DNA of 55,751 bases, the filler included, from Sphacelaria rigidula (Eukaryota): NCBI GenBank assembly GCA_964200075.2. It is 5 parts of 5 records of this genome, joined end to end, with 100 filler letters (N's around TTAATTAATTAA, not from the genome) between each part and the next. Parts side by side here need not be neighbours in the genome. Positions count along the whole stretch, not along the records: positions 11,172 to 22,242 come from CAXNAA020005436.1; positions 22,343 to 33,412 come from CAXNAA020005437.1; 3 more parts are not named here. One strand, written 5' to 3'. Below the pieces are notes generated by a model. It was not told the DNA's origin and ran no database searches. It saw nothing but the letters and a program-made list of their open reading frames with translations. Both the position numbers and the translations under genes were made by a program. Of the stretch, positions 11,630 through 22,420 are shown piece after piece. Within the stretch, counting starts at the first letter, position 1, and each line of letters begins with the position of its first letter.

Positions 11630-12772
11630 CAGGCTGGTTCACGCTTATCAAGCTAAAAACACCCATCCACAAAAGTTTACCCCGTTTTCGGGAGTTAGAC
11701 CCTGAAATTTTGCACAATTTTCCTATCGGCCATTACGCAACTCTAAAGGCCGAGTTTTTTTTAGTTGTTGGTTTTTTTACTTTTTTTTCGGGTGTCTCAG
11801 TTTTTTTTGGGAAAACTTGGATCCCGTCGGACGCCCGAAAGATGGTAAAGAAGTGAAAAAGTAAAATACCAAAAAATGACCTCGTTTATCGAAAATTGTG
11901 TATTGAACCACAGCACATTTATGCAGGGTTTCAGGGTCTATCTTCTGAAAACGGCGTGTGAAGTTTTGCGCGTTTGTTCGATGACGTGAGCTTGAAACGT
12001 GAAAATCTCTAACTGCTTGGTTTTAGTATGAAAACGTCTTTTGTGAAATAAATGTAAAGGCGAGAAAAGCTGTATGAGTTTCTCGAGTTTCTCGACCATT
12101 TTTCGTGCATATGTTCCTTTGACTACCCCGGGACGCATTATTATTATTTTTTCTTTTGAAAAATTCTGTACCGCCTCCTGGGAGTCTTCACACTGGGACC
12201 TCCGGAAGCCGGTAGAGGACGGAGAAACTTCGAAATATTGCCAAGAGTACAATTTTTTTTTCATTTGGAGCATCAATACCTACGGAACTGCCAAGTTTGA
12301 GGGCGATCTTAGCTTTTCTACCACAGATATAAGGGAAGCCGTCACGAGGCTCCCCGGATCTTTTGTGTGTATCACCAATGGATATTAGACGCCCCCAAAA
12401 CCCACATAATCGAAACACCACGGCTTCGGATATTATTCGACCCACTAGTGACCGTTTTCAATTTTGTTTTCCCCCCCTTAGGTTCCTGAGCTGTTGACGT
12501 TTATTACGATTTGAAGCATGCGGAGATTGGGTGAAAATTGGGCTTGGAATTTGTTGCTTCGAAATCAGAACATTATGAAGGGCGCTGACTGATGGAGGTA
12601 CCTTGAAGCCGTTAGCACCACCACTATGACCTCAAACAAAAATCCGACTCTGTCACGCTCTTCAGCTGTCCATGACGGTCAGTATTATATCATGCGTGCG
12701 ACTTTTGGGTAGGTATTGCAAAAGGCATTTGCTGATGACACGATTTTGGGTGATCAAGCGTGAATCAGCTTG
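11630..12772. mobile_element. Family A DNA transposon copy 3, uninterrupted, 1143 bp
   Basis: CA|CAGGCTGGTTCACGCTTATCA ... TGATCAAGCGTGAATCAGCTTG|TA; colinear with copy 1 minus the nested insert. No transposase ORF. Confidence 0.85.
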
Positions 12773-13434
12773 TAGTGGAGAGTGGAGCGTGAAAATATGT
12801 CAGCGCGTGCCCAACTTCTACGAGTTGCAAGCAAGTGGCGTAAAGTCGATGACAGAAGCAACAGATTCGCGAGAGCGACCAGCAGTAGATGGATGGATTG
12901 ACCGAATTGATGGATTGATCTAATTGTTCGCTTCATTGGCTGATTTGTCGCACATGAAATGATCCTCGATACCGTACCCTCACACTAGCCGTAGTTTGAC
13001 CATACTGACCTTTATGGAAGAAACATGCTGCGATGAAGTGCGGGAGAACCGTGCGCCGACTATCCAGTAAAAAAAGTTCTACCCATGATGAAGTCGGCGA
13101 GCGCTGCCGGACCAATCTTGCTGGTCGAAATGTGTACTGCAAATATGTAGTTTAGGCGCGCGCTCACGATTGTGTGACATCGATCATTCCACATTCGCCT
13201 CATGCATCCCGGCCTTCCTTTTTGTAAACAAATACCACTCCCACCAGTATGCTGCATATACGCGCGCGTACCCACACGGGCACATACACACGTGTGCGCA
13301 CGCACAATGCCGTGCTTGGTTTGATGCTTCATTTTATTTTGGTGTGCCAGTGTGCTGTTGTCATGGTTGTGCTCGATGTCATCTAATGTCGTTTGCCGCG
13401 TCCCGAATATGACGATTCTACGGCAATACTTCAG

Positions 13435-14792
13435 GTCATGGCTGCGGAAGTGAGATCTCCGGAGAATTGCCCCGACAAGAAAACCCTGTTGAAGGTGGGA
13501 GACATTGACACAGACAGCAGGTGCTGGTTTGGCCCCTGCTGTCTTCTAGTGGGTTCGTGAAATTTACATGACCTGCCCCTCCTGCCTCTTGCTGTTTTCA
13601 TCTTCATCCGCGGCTGTTTTACATCAACATAGTTTTACTTTCGTACAGGTGAAGAGCATCACGATGCATCGAAGCATCCGACTTAAAACATACGTTGCAG
13701 GTTTAATTTCCTGTAGTCGTTCTGCTTTGTGTAAGGTATGCAAGGTATATAGCTCCCTAGTTGGTGTAGGTGGTATACCTGCGTTCAAGCGGCCGTTGTT
13801 CTCCCTCGAGTGCTTGCGGGTGCACGCGCAACCATTACATCGCCCGGCTTGGGGCGAAATATTAACCGGTGATTGACTTTTCGTCCCCCCCCCCCCTGGC
13901 TTGTTCACTCAGTCACTGTAGTGCGCCAAAGGTGGTTGCTCACAACGATAGCCTGCAAAAGGTCGCTTCCGAGTGACTTGTGTCTACTTTGGTGTCTACT
14001 TTGGCATACATTTACCAGATTTGGATACACGCCAGACACCTTCCCGCCCCAGTTGCGCACATATACCCCTTTGCTCGTACTAAGCTGTTGCTGCGTGTCT
14101 TGGCTGCCTATTTTTACCCAGTCTCCACGCAAATTTTGTTCGCCATCAATTTTCGCCTCGGATCGCGTGAAAAAATAGGGAAGCGTGGAGAGCTATAACT
14201 TCTCGCACATGCCGCGAAATAAAAATGACCCCAGTTGGACAGGGCAAGGCGGTCACATGTGGGTGTTCACTCTGGTCAACGCGGTGCTGGAAGTAAACGA
14301 CGGCGGAGGCGCGGGACGGAAATCGGCTCGTGTGATTCCTCTGAAGGGCAAAACGCAGCTGAGCATCCGACACGTGTGGTCCCCGGATGAGTACAAGCGA
14401 ACGAAGCGCGAAGCGGAACAAAAGAAGCAAGAGCAATTGGAGAGACGAGCGATGCAGAGGAAATCTCGCCGACGAGCGCAAAATGGGGAGCTTGAACAGG
14501 CGGGCGCCGGTAGCGGTGGCGATACTACAGGCGAACATTCCGCGGCGTTAAAGCCGGGGCAGCTGTCGGAAAAGTCGAAATCAGGGTCAAAAGCGAAATT
14601 GAAATCATTGGGCGCTCGTGGTGCTGCGAAAGGAGGCTTCTGGGCGGCATCAAAGCGTGGAAAACAAGGTGGGGGCGGCCGAGGCGGCGCGTCATCGGCG
14701 GGAAGAGGGACAGCCGCTCCGGACTATCCCGGCTCGCTGGGTGGTCATTCTCGCGCTAGCGACGACGGCGAAGGCAAAATCGATGATCGTGG

Positions 14793-14833
<41 letters not shown>

Positions 14834-15914
14834 GTGATAGCTTGAGTGGTGTCTCAACGGACGATGACAGCGTGGGGAATGATGATGATGATAAGGGTGA
14901 TGGTGGCGGTGATCACGGAGAAAAGGACGACGGGTCGGAGGCAGAGGATAACGAGATGGAGGACGACCTCTTGCAGGATCTGATGCGACAGTTTGATGAT
15001 TCGGACGACGAACCGTCCGCGGCGGGGGCGGAGGCGGCAGCCGAGGTTGTGGCGGAGGGGGCGGCGGGAGCGAGCGATGGGGTCTTGGCGGATGGCAAAG
15101 GAAAGGAGGCGTCGACGGCGTCGGCTGAGATCGTTCCCGCAAGTCAAAAGCTTGAAGAGGCGAACCTTGATAGTGGTGGAGACAGCGATGGCGGCGGCGA
15201 CCGTGATGGCGGTGACGGTAGTTATAAAATAGTGGATGCTGGTTCTGTTGCTGCAAGCTCGGCATCGAGCGTGGATGACTCGGAGTCAGCTTCTGGAAAC
15301 GTGGACGGGGCTGCTGACGAGAGTGATTTGTCGGGGCTGGAAAGTTTGGACGGCGATCTTGCGGAGCTTGAAGTGTTCTTGGATGGATTTGAGCGTAAGC
15401 AAGGGTCCACGTCGCCACCACCTCGGGATTGTGAGAGTAGCGGTGTTGAACCAGCGATGGCTGAGGATCCTCTCGCCGTCCCCGCGACTGTGAAGCGGTC
15501 AAGAGGGGACGAAGATGAACGGGAGGAATCACCGTCGCGAAACTGGGAACGGGAGCCGCAGACGGAAACTGAGAGCAAGGAGCCCATGTTCAACGGAAAG
15601 AAACGCCGAAAACTGAATGCGATGGAAGGTGGTGACAGTGAGGATGGCGGCAGTGGTGAGGGTGATCGTAGGTCCCGTTCTGAAGGAGAGGACGAGAAAA
15701 TGTCGGGAAAAATGATGGCGACACCATACAGCGCTGATCAGCTCATGATGGAAAACGTCAATTTTCCGGCGGGGGCCAGGGTACGAGGCGAAGCGAGGAA
15801 AGGGTTCGGCGGAGAGAGATGCGACACGTTCACGGACATGGATGCCGAGCAATACGAGGATGATATCGAAGACATGGCTCCTGGCGAAAGTACCGAACAA
15901 GATATGGTGAGAAT

Positions 15915-15950
<36 letters not shown>

Positions 15951-16602
15951 CCAACATCGGGATGACAATGACTTAGATGAACCCGTGAAAGAGCGAAGTG
16001 ACAGTGAAGGCGTTGGCAGTGGTAATATTAGTAGTATTAGTGGTGGTAGCAATAGTGGTTGTGGTGGTGAGATCAGTAGTAGAGCAACTGGGAGTAGTAG
16101 TGTAGCTTTAGGTGTGCGACAACGCAGCGACGACGATGTCAACAACCGAGCGGGGCTGTCTATTCGAAAGAAAATGGAACCGGAGCAACCTGAAACGCTC
16201 GATACCGAATATGTTGCTGACAGTGATACGAGTAATCGTGGGGAGAGTGGACGGGTGGACGCGCGGGGGGAAATCTGTGGGGATGGCAAGGGGAACGGAG
16301 GAGGGGGTGCAGGCGGTGATGATGGTGATGATGGCGATTTGAGTGGCATAGACGAGGATGATTTGAGTGGTGTAGATGATGACGATTTGAGCGGTGTAGA
16401 TGATGACGATTTGAGCGGTGTAGATGATGACGATTTGAGTGGTGTAAATGATGATGATTTGAGTGGTGTAGATGATGACGATTTGAGTGGTGTAGATGAT
16501 GACGATTTGAGTGGTGTAGATGATGACAATGGCGAGGGGGAGAAGGAAGAGGAAGAGGATAAAGATCTCCAAGAGTTTGAGGATATGTTGGATGGTCTTT
16601 GA
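13435..16602 (+). CDS. 5'-partial gene: TFIIA gamma-subunit-like beta-barrel segment followed by a ~740-aa acidic low-complexity tail
   Basis: Exon 13435-13494 (ttcag|GTC...AAG|gtggg) splices in phase 0 to terminal exon 14179-16602 (aatag|GGA...TGA, 807 sense codons with no stop). The junction reads VMAAEVRSPENCPDKKTLLK-GSVESYNF...MWVFTLVNAVLEV. Coding status is well supported; the TFIIA-gamma identity is a by-eye match. Upstream exons were not found in this contig. Confidence 0.75.
16336..16527 (+). repeat. Coding 24-bp tandem repeat, (DLSGVDDD)x8
   Basis: GATTTGAGTGGTGTAGATGATGAC repeated 8 times in frame near the 3' end of the large exon. Confidence 0.95.
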
Positions 16603-18191
16603 ATGTTGCCCGCTTCGCTCCTCGACACCCAAGAAAGAGTCCATGTTCTCCCGTCGCGGGTTGTTCGATTTTAGAAATATTTGCTTTTCAAACATCCTTC
16701 AGCTCTGTTCATATGGTCGGCCGTGTATGCGGTCCAGGTGTTTGATCACGTTTGTGACGATAGTGGTGCTTTCCGTAGAGTTATATCCCTCTGTTGGGCT
16801 CTCAGAGTCATTTTTGACGACGGTGGAAATATGGTTGTGATCTTATTTCCGTATATTTCAGTATTGCGTTCAAGTATCCGCTAACATTGCTGTTGTTCGA
16901 CATTTTGCGGAAACGTTGCCCGTTTGTGTGAAAAGCTTGGGGTACCGCGTGGGCATCTTACTGACGCTGCGCAAACGAAGGTGGATCCTGAAGCGTCGTG
17001 TAAAGTGATTTCCTGAACGTCTTCACCTTCCCAAAATTGTCGTTCTTCCGCCGCCAAGAGCGCCCCCTAAACGGTGAAGTATGCCTCTATTGCCGTCGTG
17101 CTTACAAGACATGCTCTGTAGAGCCTCCCCACATGCTTGCGTTGGTGTTGTGCAACGAAGCCGCAAGCGGCCGACACGGTTTTGTTGTAGCTTCGATAGA
17201 TATCCTGGGCTTGTTTTCATGACTCCAATGTCTTGATGCTCTCGCTGCAGTGCTGTACATTTCCCTCTTCTGGGCATGATCTCCTCAGTATTGTTGCCGC
17301 CGTAGAGTATGTATGTAAGCGATCTGAACTTGCACCACTGTTCTATTCTCCACCTCTCATCTTGATACGTTGAGAATGCATTCCTGTCCGGTTGTGGGTA
17401 AACTACAAGCAGGGTTTGGTTTTGTCGTCACACGACTGTTTGACCGGCAGTAAGTTATTGTGAGTGTCTTAACATATAGTACACGCAGCTGTAGGATGCG
17501 ACGTGACACCGACCCAGGGATTCCCTTTAATATGGCAGTCCCATGAGCTTTGCGGTGATGGGCAGTTTTCTAGTCTTGAACACTGGCACTATCGCCATGA
17601 TTGGATGATACCTTCGTGGTTCTTTCATTTTCAGACTAGTGGAAAATCCTATTTTTCGGCTTTTTTTTTGAGGACGTGAAGCAGCTCGAGAGAAAAAAAA
17701 GTGCTCCGCGTTGATTATTTCGTGTTTTGGATGAGATCAAGGGCCCATAACATTTCTACCCTCGGAAAATATCTGTGCATCGCTACCGTAGCATCACTCG
17801 AAGGCTAGAAATCCCCCGAAGTAGTTCTAGGGGAGTCGGGAGGGATAAGGTCGTCTATATGAAAGTTATTTGTCATGTATTTAGGTAAGGGAAAGCACGG
17901 CTTTTGAGGTGAACCTCGCATTTGTTTCTTCAACCTCATTTTCGAGAATCCGCTACTACTCCAGCAACCCACATAAGCGAGAGTATGTCTCGTATAATAT
18001 ATAGAATATCATGACAAACCGTTGCCGCGGCTCCCCCTAGTGCACTACTAGCTTGGCAGAGATCGCTTTCATGGCAAACGATTGCCTGTCGCTCTACCCC
18101 CAGTGCACCACCAACTTGGTCGAGGTCGCTTCCAAATCATTGCGGTGCTCTCCGCGACTACCGAAATACTTTCGGAAAATGTAGATATCTG

Positions 18192-18637
18192 TAACAGCCG
18201 ATCATCGGAATTGAGGATAGAGCTTTTCATTGAGGATGAGAACCCGGAGGATTAAAATCCTCTGACGTACACCAACTCATCGGCATATGGTTCCATTCTT
18301 TCACCTACTGGTAGCTATTGACAACTGCTACACGCGCTACAAATTTGGATTTCGATAACCGAGATGTTGGCGTCCTGGACGAAGAAACAGTTTCGGGGAA
18401 TTTAGGTGATCCGATCGGATCGCCGAAATTCCCCAAAATTGTTCATTCACTTGGGACCCCTGCATTTCGTTTGTCGAGATCCAAATTTGTATGACGTATA
18501 GTACTCGTCAATAGCTACCAGTAGGTGAAGGAATGGAACCATATGTCGATGAGTTGGTGTACGTCAGAGGATTTTAATCCTCCGGGTTCTCATTCTCAAT
18601 GAAAAGCTCCATCCTAAATTTCGATGATCGGCTGTTA
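18192..18637. mobile_element. 446-bp fully palindromic (fold-back) element
   Basis: TAACAGCCGATCATCG ... CGATGATCGGCTGTTA. The arms meet with no loop at GATCCGA|TCGGATC (axis 18414/18415, the exact midpoint). The terminal TA may be a target duplication. Confidence 0.85.
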
Positions 18638-18769
18638 TGTATATGCGGCCACTTTCAGCGCATCGTTCCGGGGCTTCCTCAGCTTCAGGTAAAGCTCCAT
18701 CCTCGACTTTTCTGATCGACTGTTGAGAGGTGATCCAATCCGCGATAAACACGGGATTTACATTTTTTT

Positions 18770-19608
18770 TTGTGAGGATGAGAAACACAGATAATTAAAT
18801 CTTCGTATCCACATCATCTTCGAAATATGATTCCATTTCTTCACTTTCTGGTAGCTATTGACAACCACTACACGCCATACAAATTTGGATTTCGATAACC
18901 AAAATGCTGGGGTCCTAAGTGAAAAACCAATTTTGGGGAATTTCGGCGATCTGATCGGATCATCCAAATTCTCCAAAATTGTTTCTTCATCTGGGACCCT
19001 AACATGTCAATTATCAGGATCCAAGTTTGAATGGCGTATAGTAGCTGTCAATAGATTTGGTGTGGATACGAAGGTTTCGATTCTCCGAGTTCTCACCCTT
19101 AACAAAAGTTTCATCCCCAATTTGTAAAATCACGTGTTGAGACCAAAAGGCAAGAAAGCGCGTACCGAGGAGAGATGGGTTGATCACTTGGGACCACGGA
19201 CTCGTCCCGAGGAAGGGAGTGGGTCAAAAGTGTAACAAAAAAAGAGGAAGGAAAAAAATCAGGTGAAGTGCACAGCACGTGCTTGCGTCTCCGCGCAAGC
19301 GCCGCGTGCTGTTTGAACTTACTTGGCAAAAAGCAAAGCTGGCACCTTCCCAGAGGCTGTTCTCGGCACTTTACTTGAAATCGACCACTAACAACAGGGG
19401 ATCTCACAATTTTGGGGATGGATCTTTAATTGGGGATGAGAAACCCGGATAATTAAAATCTTCGTATCCACACCAAGTCTTCGAAATATGGTTCCATTTC
19501 TTCACTTGCTGGTAGCTATTGACAATTACTGCACGTCATGCATATTTGGATCTCGATAACCGAAATGTTGGGGTCCTAGGTGAAAGACCAATTTTAGGGA
19601 ATTTTGGG
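18770..19608. repeat. Two further copies of the fold-back element: ~18770-19138 (deleted in the right arm) and ~19394-19608 (left arm only)
   Basis: Shared blocks GAGGATGAGAA, TTCCATT.CTTCAC.T.CTGGTAGCTATTGACAA, ATTTGGAT.TCGATAACC and GGGAATTT; copy 2 has its axis at GATCTGATCGGATC (~18948-18961). Confidence 0.8.
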
Positions 19609-20117
19609 TGTAGGCTGGTGTCCATAATAGATTGGATGGTTACACACGCGTGTAGACACACTCGACACACTTTCTGGTCCGCCCTGCTTCGCGACATTCA
19701 CACTTGAGGCCCATCACAAGATGTCAGTTGAAGAACGATACACCCGAAGCGAGACTCGACAAAACCCTACCACGACAATCCTGGTTTCTCCAGACGCTAC
19801 AAACGAGCTGTGTTGTCGTGCCAAAAGACACCGCAGACCCGACCCGCGGAGGCAAATCGCTGAAATCTGTGGGGACGACCTGAGCGAATGAATCGAAGGT
19901 CTTTCGCAGGATCCTTGGGGTTGATTCTCGCTGGGTGCACTCATCTTCTCACAGCAACAAATCAACTTCCACCTTGTGACTTTTTCGCCTTCGGCATGGT
20001 CCATCGTTTACGGTCCGTATCCATGTTGTCATGATCTACATGGAATGTAGGGTATGCTCTTAACTCGGTTCGCAAACAGCACGCTCTACCGCTGCTACAA
20101 CATTTGCCGTACAGTAG

Positions 20118-21944
20118 GCGCATATCACACGTGGAAATGATAAACCCGAGCTCGATGTTTTCTACAAGCAAGACCCCGCATCGCCAAGAAAACCCCATTT
20201 GTACCGCAATATGTCGATGGGATATATTCCCAACGACACGAACCTCCGATGGCCACGCCGTCAGAATTGACAGAGAATCGAGCGTGAATCTCAAATCGTC
20301 CCCGAACGATATACGCCCTATCGCACATTACGGAATACATTCCAGAGACGAGTGGCGCGAAGCTGCAGCGGTTAACGTTTCTGTCAACCCACGCAACCAT
20401 ACACGTAGCCACCCCGTGTACATTTCATCAAAAACTTGAGCCTATGGTCGAAGAACGCCATCCTTTCAAGGCCGCGTGGTCGACATTCCAACAGCTGAGG
20501 GAGGCTAAACATGAGGTATCCTCTGTCCTGCATCCTTGTTTACGTGTCTGTGCATGTGTATCCATGTTACACATGCTCATTCGTTTCCTTCAGAGTCGCT
20601 GAATGCGTCTCATTATCAGTCAATATGATGGGAAAATGACTCGTTAAAAAATCTCCCACATTCAAATCAAGTTTTCAAGACCAAACTTCTACACAACAGC
20701 ACACTGAGTGCTACTTCCGCCTGGTTCGAAGTCACGATGCTCACCACTCCCCCCTCCCCTCCCTCCGCTCCTTCCTTGCCCTCCTCTACAGGAAATACCA
20801 CTACAATACGGAGACGGGACAGACAGGAACATCATCTCACTCGCCAAAAACATACAATATCATCACCGCCGCTCAAACTTGACGAGTCTGAGAAGAACAA
20901 GCGTCAACAATCGGAACACAAACAAGCTTGCGAGCAGTATCCATACGACGGTTACACGCACATCCCCGTTCCCCGTTTCTCCGAACCCGTAAGTCTTCAG
21001 AAATGCCTTATATATCTCCTCGGGGGTGATGGGGATGCCTTCTGGAACCGGGAAAATATTTTCTTCGTTACCTTGGAATTCGTTTATGGTGAGGCCCTGC
21101 GTGAGGGTGAGGATAGGGCAGGGGTAGGGTGGGGGTTAGGTGAAAGATGGGTAATCCGGCGTATTGCGCGAGAGTAATTTGAGGCCGTACCGCCATGTGT
21201 TCATTCGGCAAAACAGCAATCGTTCGAAGAGGGGCGGAAGATAAATGGTGAAAATAGTGCCCCATGCATTCACATTGTGTGATAACGGCTGGTGTAAGGC
21301 TCACGAGTCATTATCCATCCCATAAGTAGATACATGCATCATCTCTTGTGGACAGAGTGCTTCATTAGCACGTAAATCACATGCACGGCCTTTTACACGC
21401 AGTGTTGTCGTCCCATTTATTCTGGGCGCCAGTCTACCCCTTTCGGGATATGTGGGCGCAGCAGCCGGGGTCTCACAGGAGGAAGGTCAACACAGAAGCT
21501 CTTTCTTTTTTATTTGTTTTTAGTACCCCACCTTCCTTCAGTATTACACATCACATCGTATCGCCAGTACACCGTGGACAGCAGATTATATTGTCAAAAA
21601 ATGTACTGCGTACGAGATCGACTATTGCGTCTATAGCAGTAGATGATAGATTCCATGACTGTACGCAGTACACGTATCGAAGGTGCAATCTACTGTCATT
21701 TTCACCTATGCTGCACCCGATAGAAACTGAAAGGTGAAAAAAAGTACTCCGAGAGAAATACCGTAGAATGCCGCGCGCGTTATGATGATCCACATATGTT
21801 ACACGACTTGTGGTCATGATCCATTACCAACGGACAAGTACAGGTGTGCCTTGTGCCGCTTCACAGGCACAGGTCGTTTCGACGGCGTACAAACCCTGAA
21901 ACACAAATATCAGAGAGTCATAGCCCTAGCTGCCCCACCACTAG
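20118..21944 (+). CDS. Possible exons of an uncharacterised gene
   Basis: Stop-free segments at about 20118-20370, 20792-20988 (pyrimidine tract + cag ... CC|gtaag) and 21844-21944 can be joined in compatible phases, but I recognise no domain. Confidence 0.2.
21402..21538 (-). mobile_element. 3' fragment of SINE family S1
   Basis: Matches 2515-2655 (TTCTGG.CGCCAGTCTAC..CTTTCGG.ATATGT...CAGCCGGGGTC.CACAGGAGG). Confidence 0.75.
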
Positions 21945-22082
21945 GTGTATTCTGGCGAACCACGACAGTGAAGCGATCTTTCTGGTTTCTAATGCCCAAC
22001 AAACGTGAGAAATAGAGTCGACCACCTGTGAGACAAAAATATAGTTATATACATTTCAAGGGGCAGATCGAGTTTGAGTATA

Positions 22083-22240
22083 CTCAATTGAGGGGTATTT
22101 TGAAAGTCGTACTTAAAAGTACCCAAATTGGGGGTAGGGTTTTAGGGATCACTTTCCAGTTATTTTCTGGGCACGACTCCCAACACTCTACCCTAATTTG
22201 AGTACCTCAAGTACGTCTTTCAAAATACCCCGCAATTGAG
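22083..22240. mobile_element. TA-flanked MITE with long TIRs, 158 bp
   Basis: TA|CTCAATTGAGGGGTATTTTGAAAGTCGTACTT ... AAGTACGTCTTTCAAAATACCCCGCAATTGAG|TA, ending exactly at the contig end. Confidence 0.75.
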
Positions 22241-22242
22241 TA

Positions 22243-22342
22243 NNNNNNNNNNNNNNNNNNNNNNNNNNNNNNNNNNNNNNNNNNNNTTAATTAATTAANN
22301 NNNNNNNNNNNNNNNNNNNNNNNNNNNNNNNNNNNNNNNNNN
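22243..22342. other. Artificial contig linker
   Basis: Same 100-bp N/TTAATTAATTAA/N spacer. Confidence 0.97.
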
Positions 22343-22420
22343 CCCTCCCGGCTTTGTAGGGATGCGAGGTCAATGGTCTGATGACTATGGCATGCATGAT
22401 CATGAGTACACCCCCTCAGC
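22343..22420 (+). repeat. Interspersed repeat fragment (also at 30044-30117 on + and 55676-55751 on -)
   Basis: CGGCTTTGTAGGGATGCGAGGTCAA.GGTCT...TA.GGCA.GCA..ATCAT.AGTAC occurs at three places, two of them contig ends. Confidence 0.75.

Noticed and set aside
10697..13494. Apparent head-to-head pair (ARL1 and the TFIIA-like gene) sharing a bidirectional promoter
   Set aside because: An artificial linker separates them, so they lie on different contigs.
13649..13700. Exon-like segment (cag|GTGAAGAGC...GCAG|gttt) in the TFIIA-like gene
   Set aside because: Its 52 nt would shift the frame of the terminal exon, whereas skipping it gives the contiguous LLK-GSVESYNF match. At most it is a poison exon, and nothing here supports that.
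14756..16695. Long antisense ORFs (258, 296 and 195 aa; polyH, polyC, IIIYTTQ repeats)
   Set aside because: These are shadows of the GAT/CAG/24-bp repeats in the plus-strand exon.
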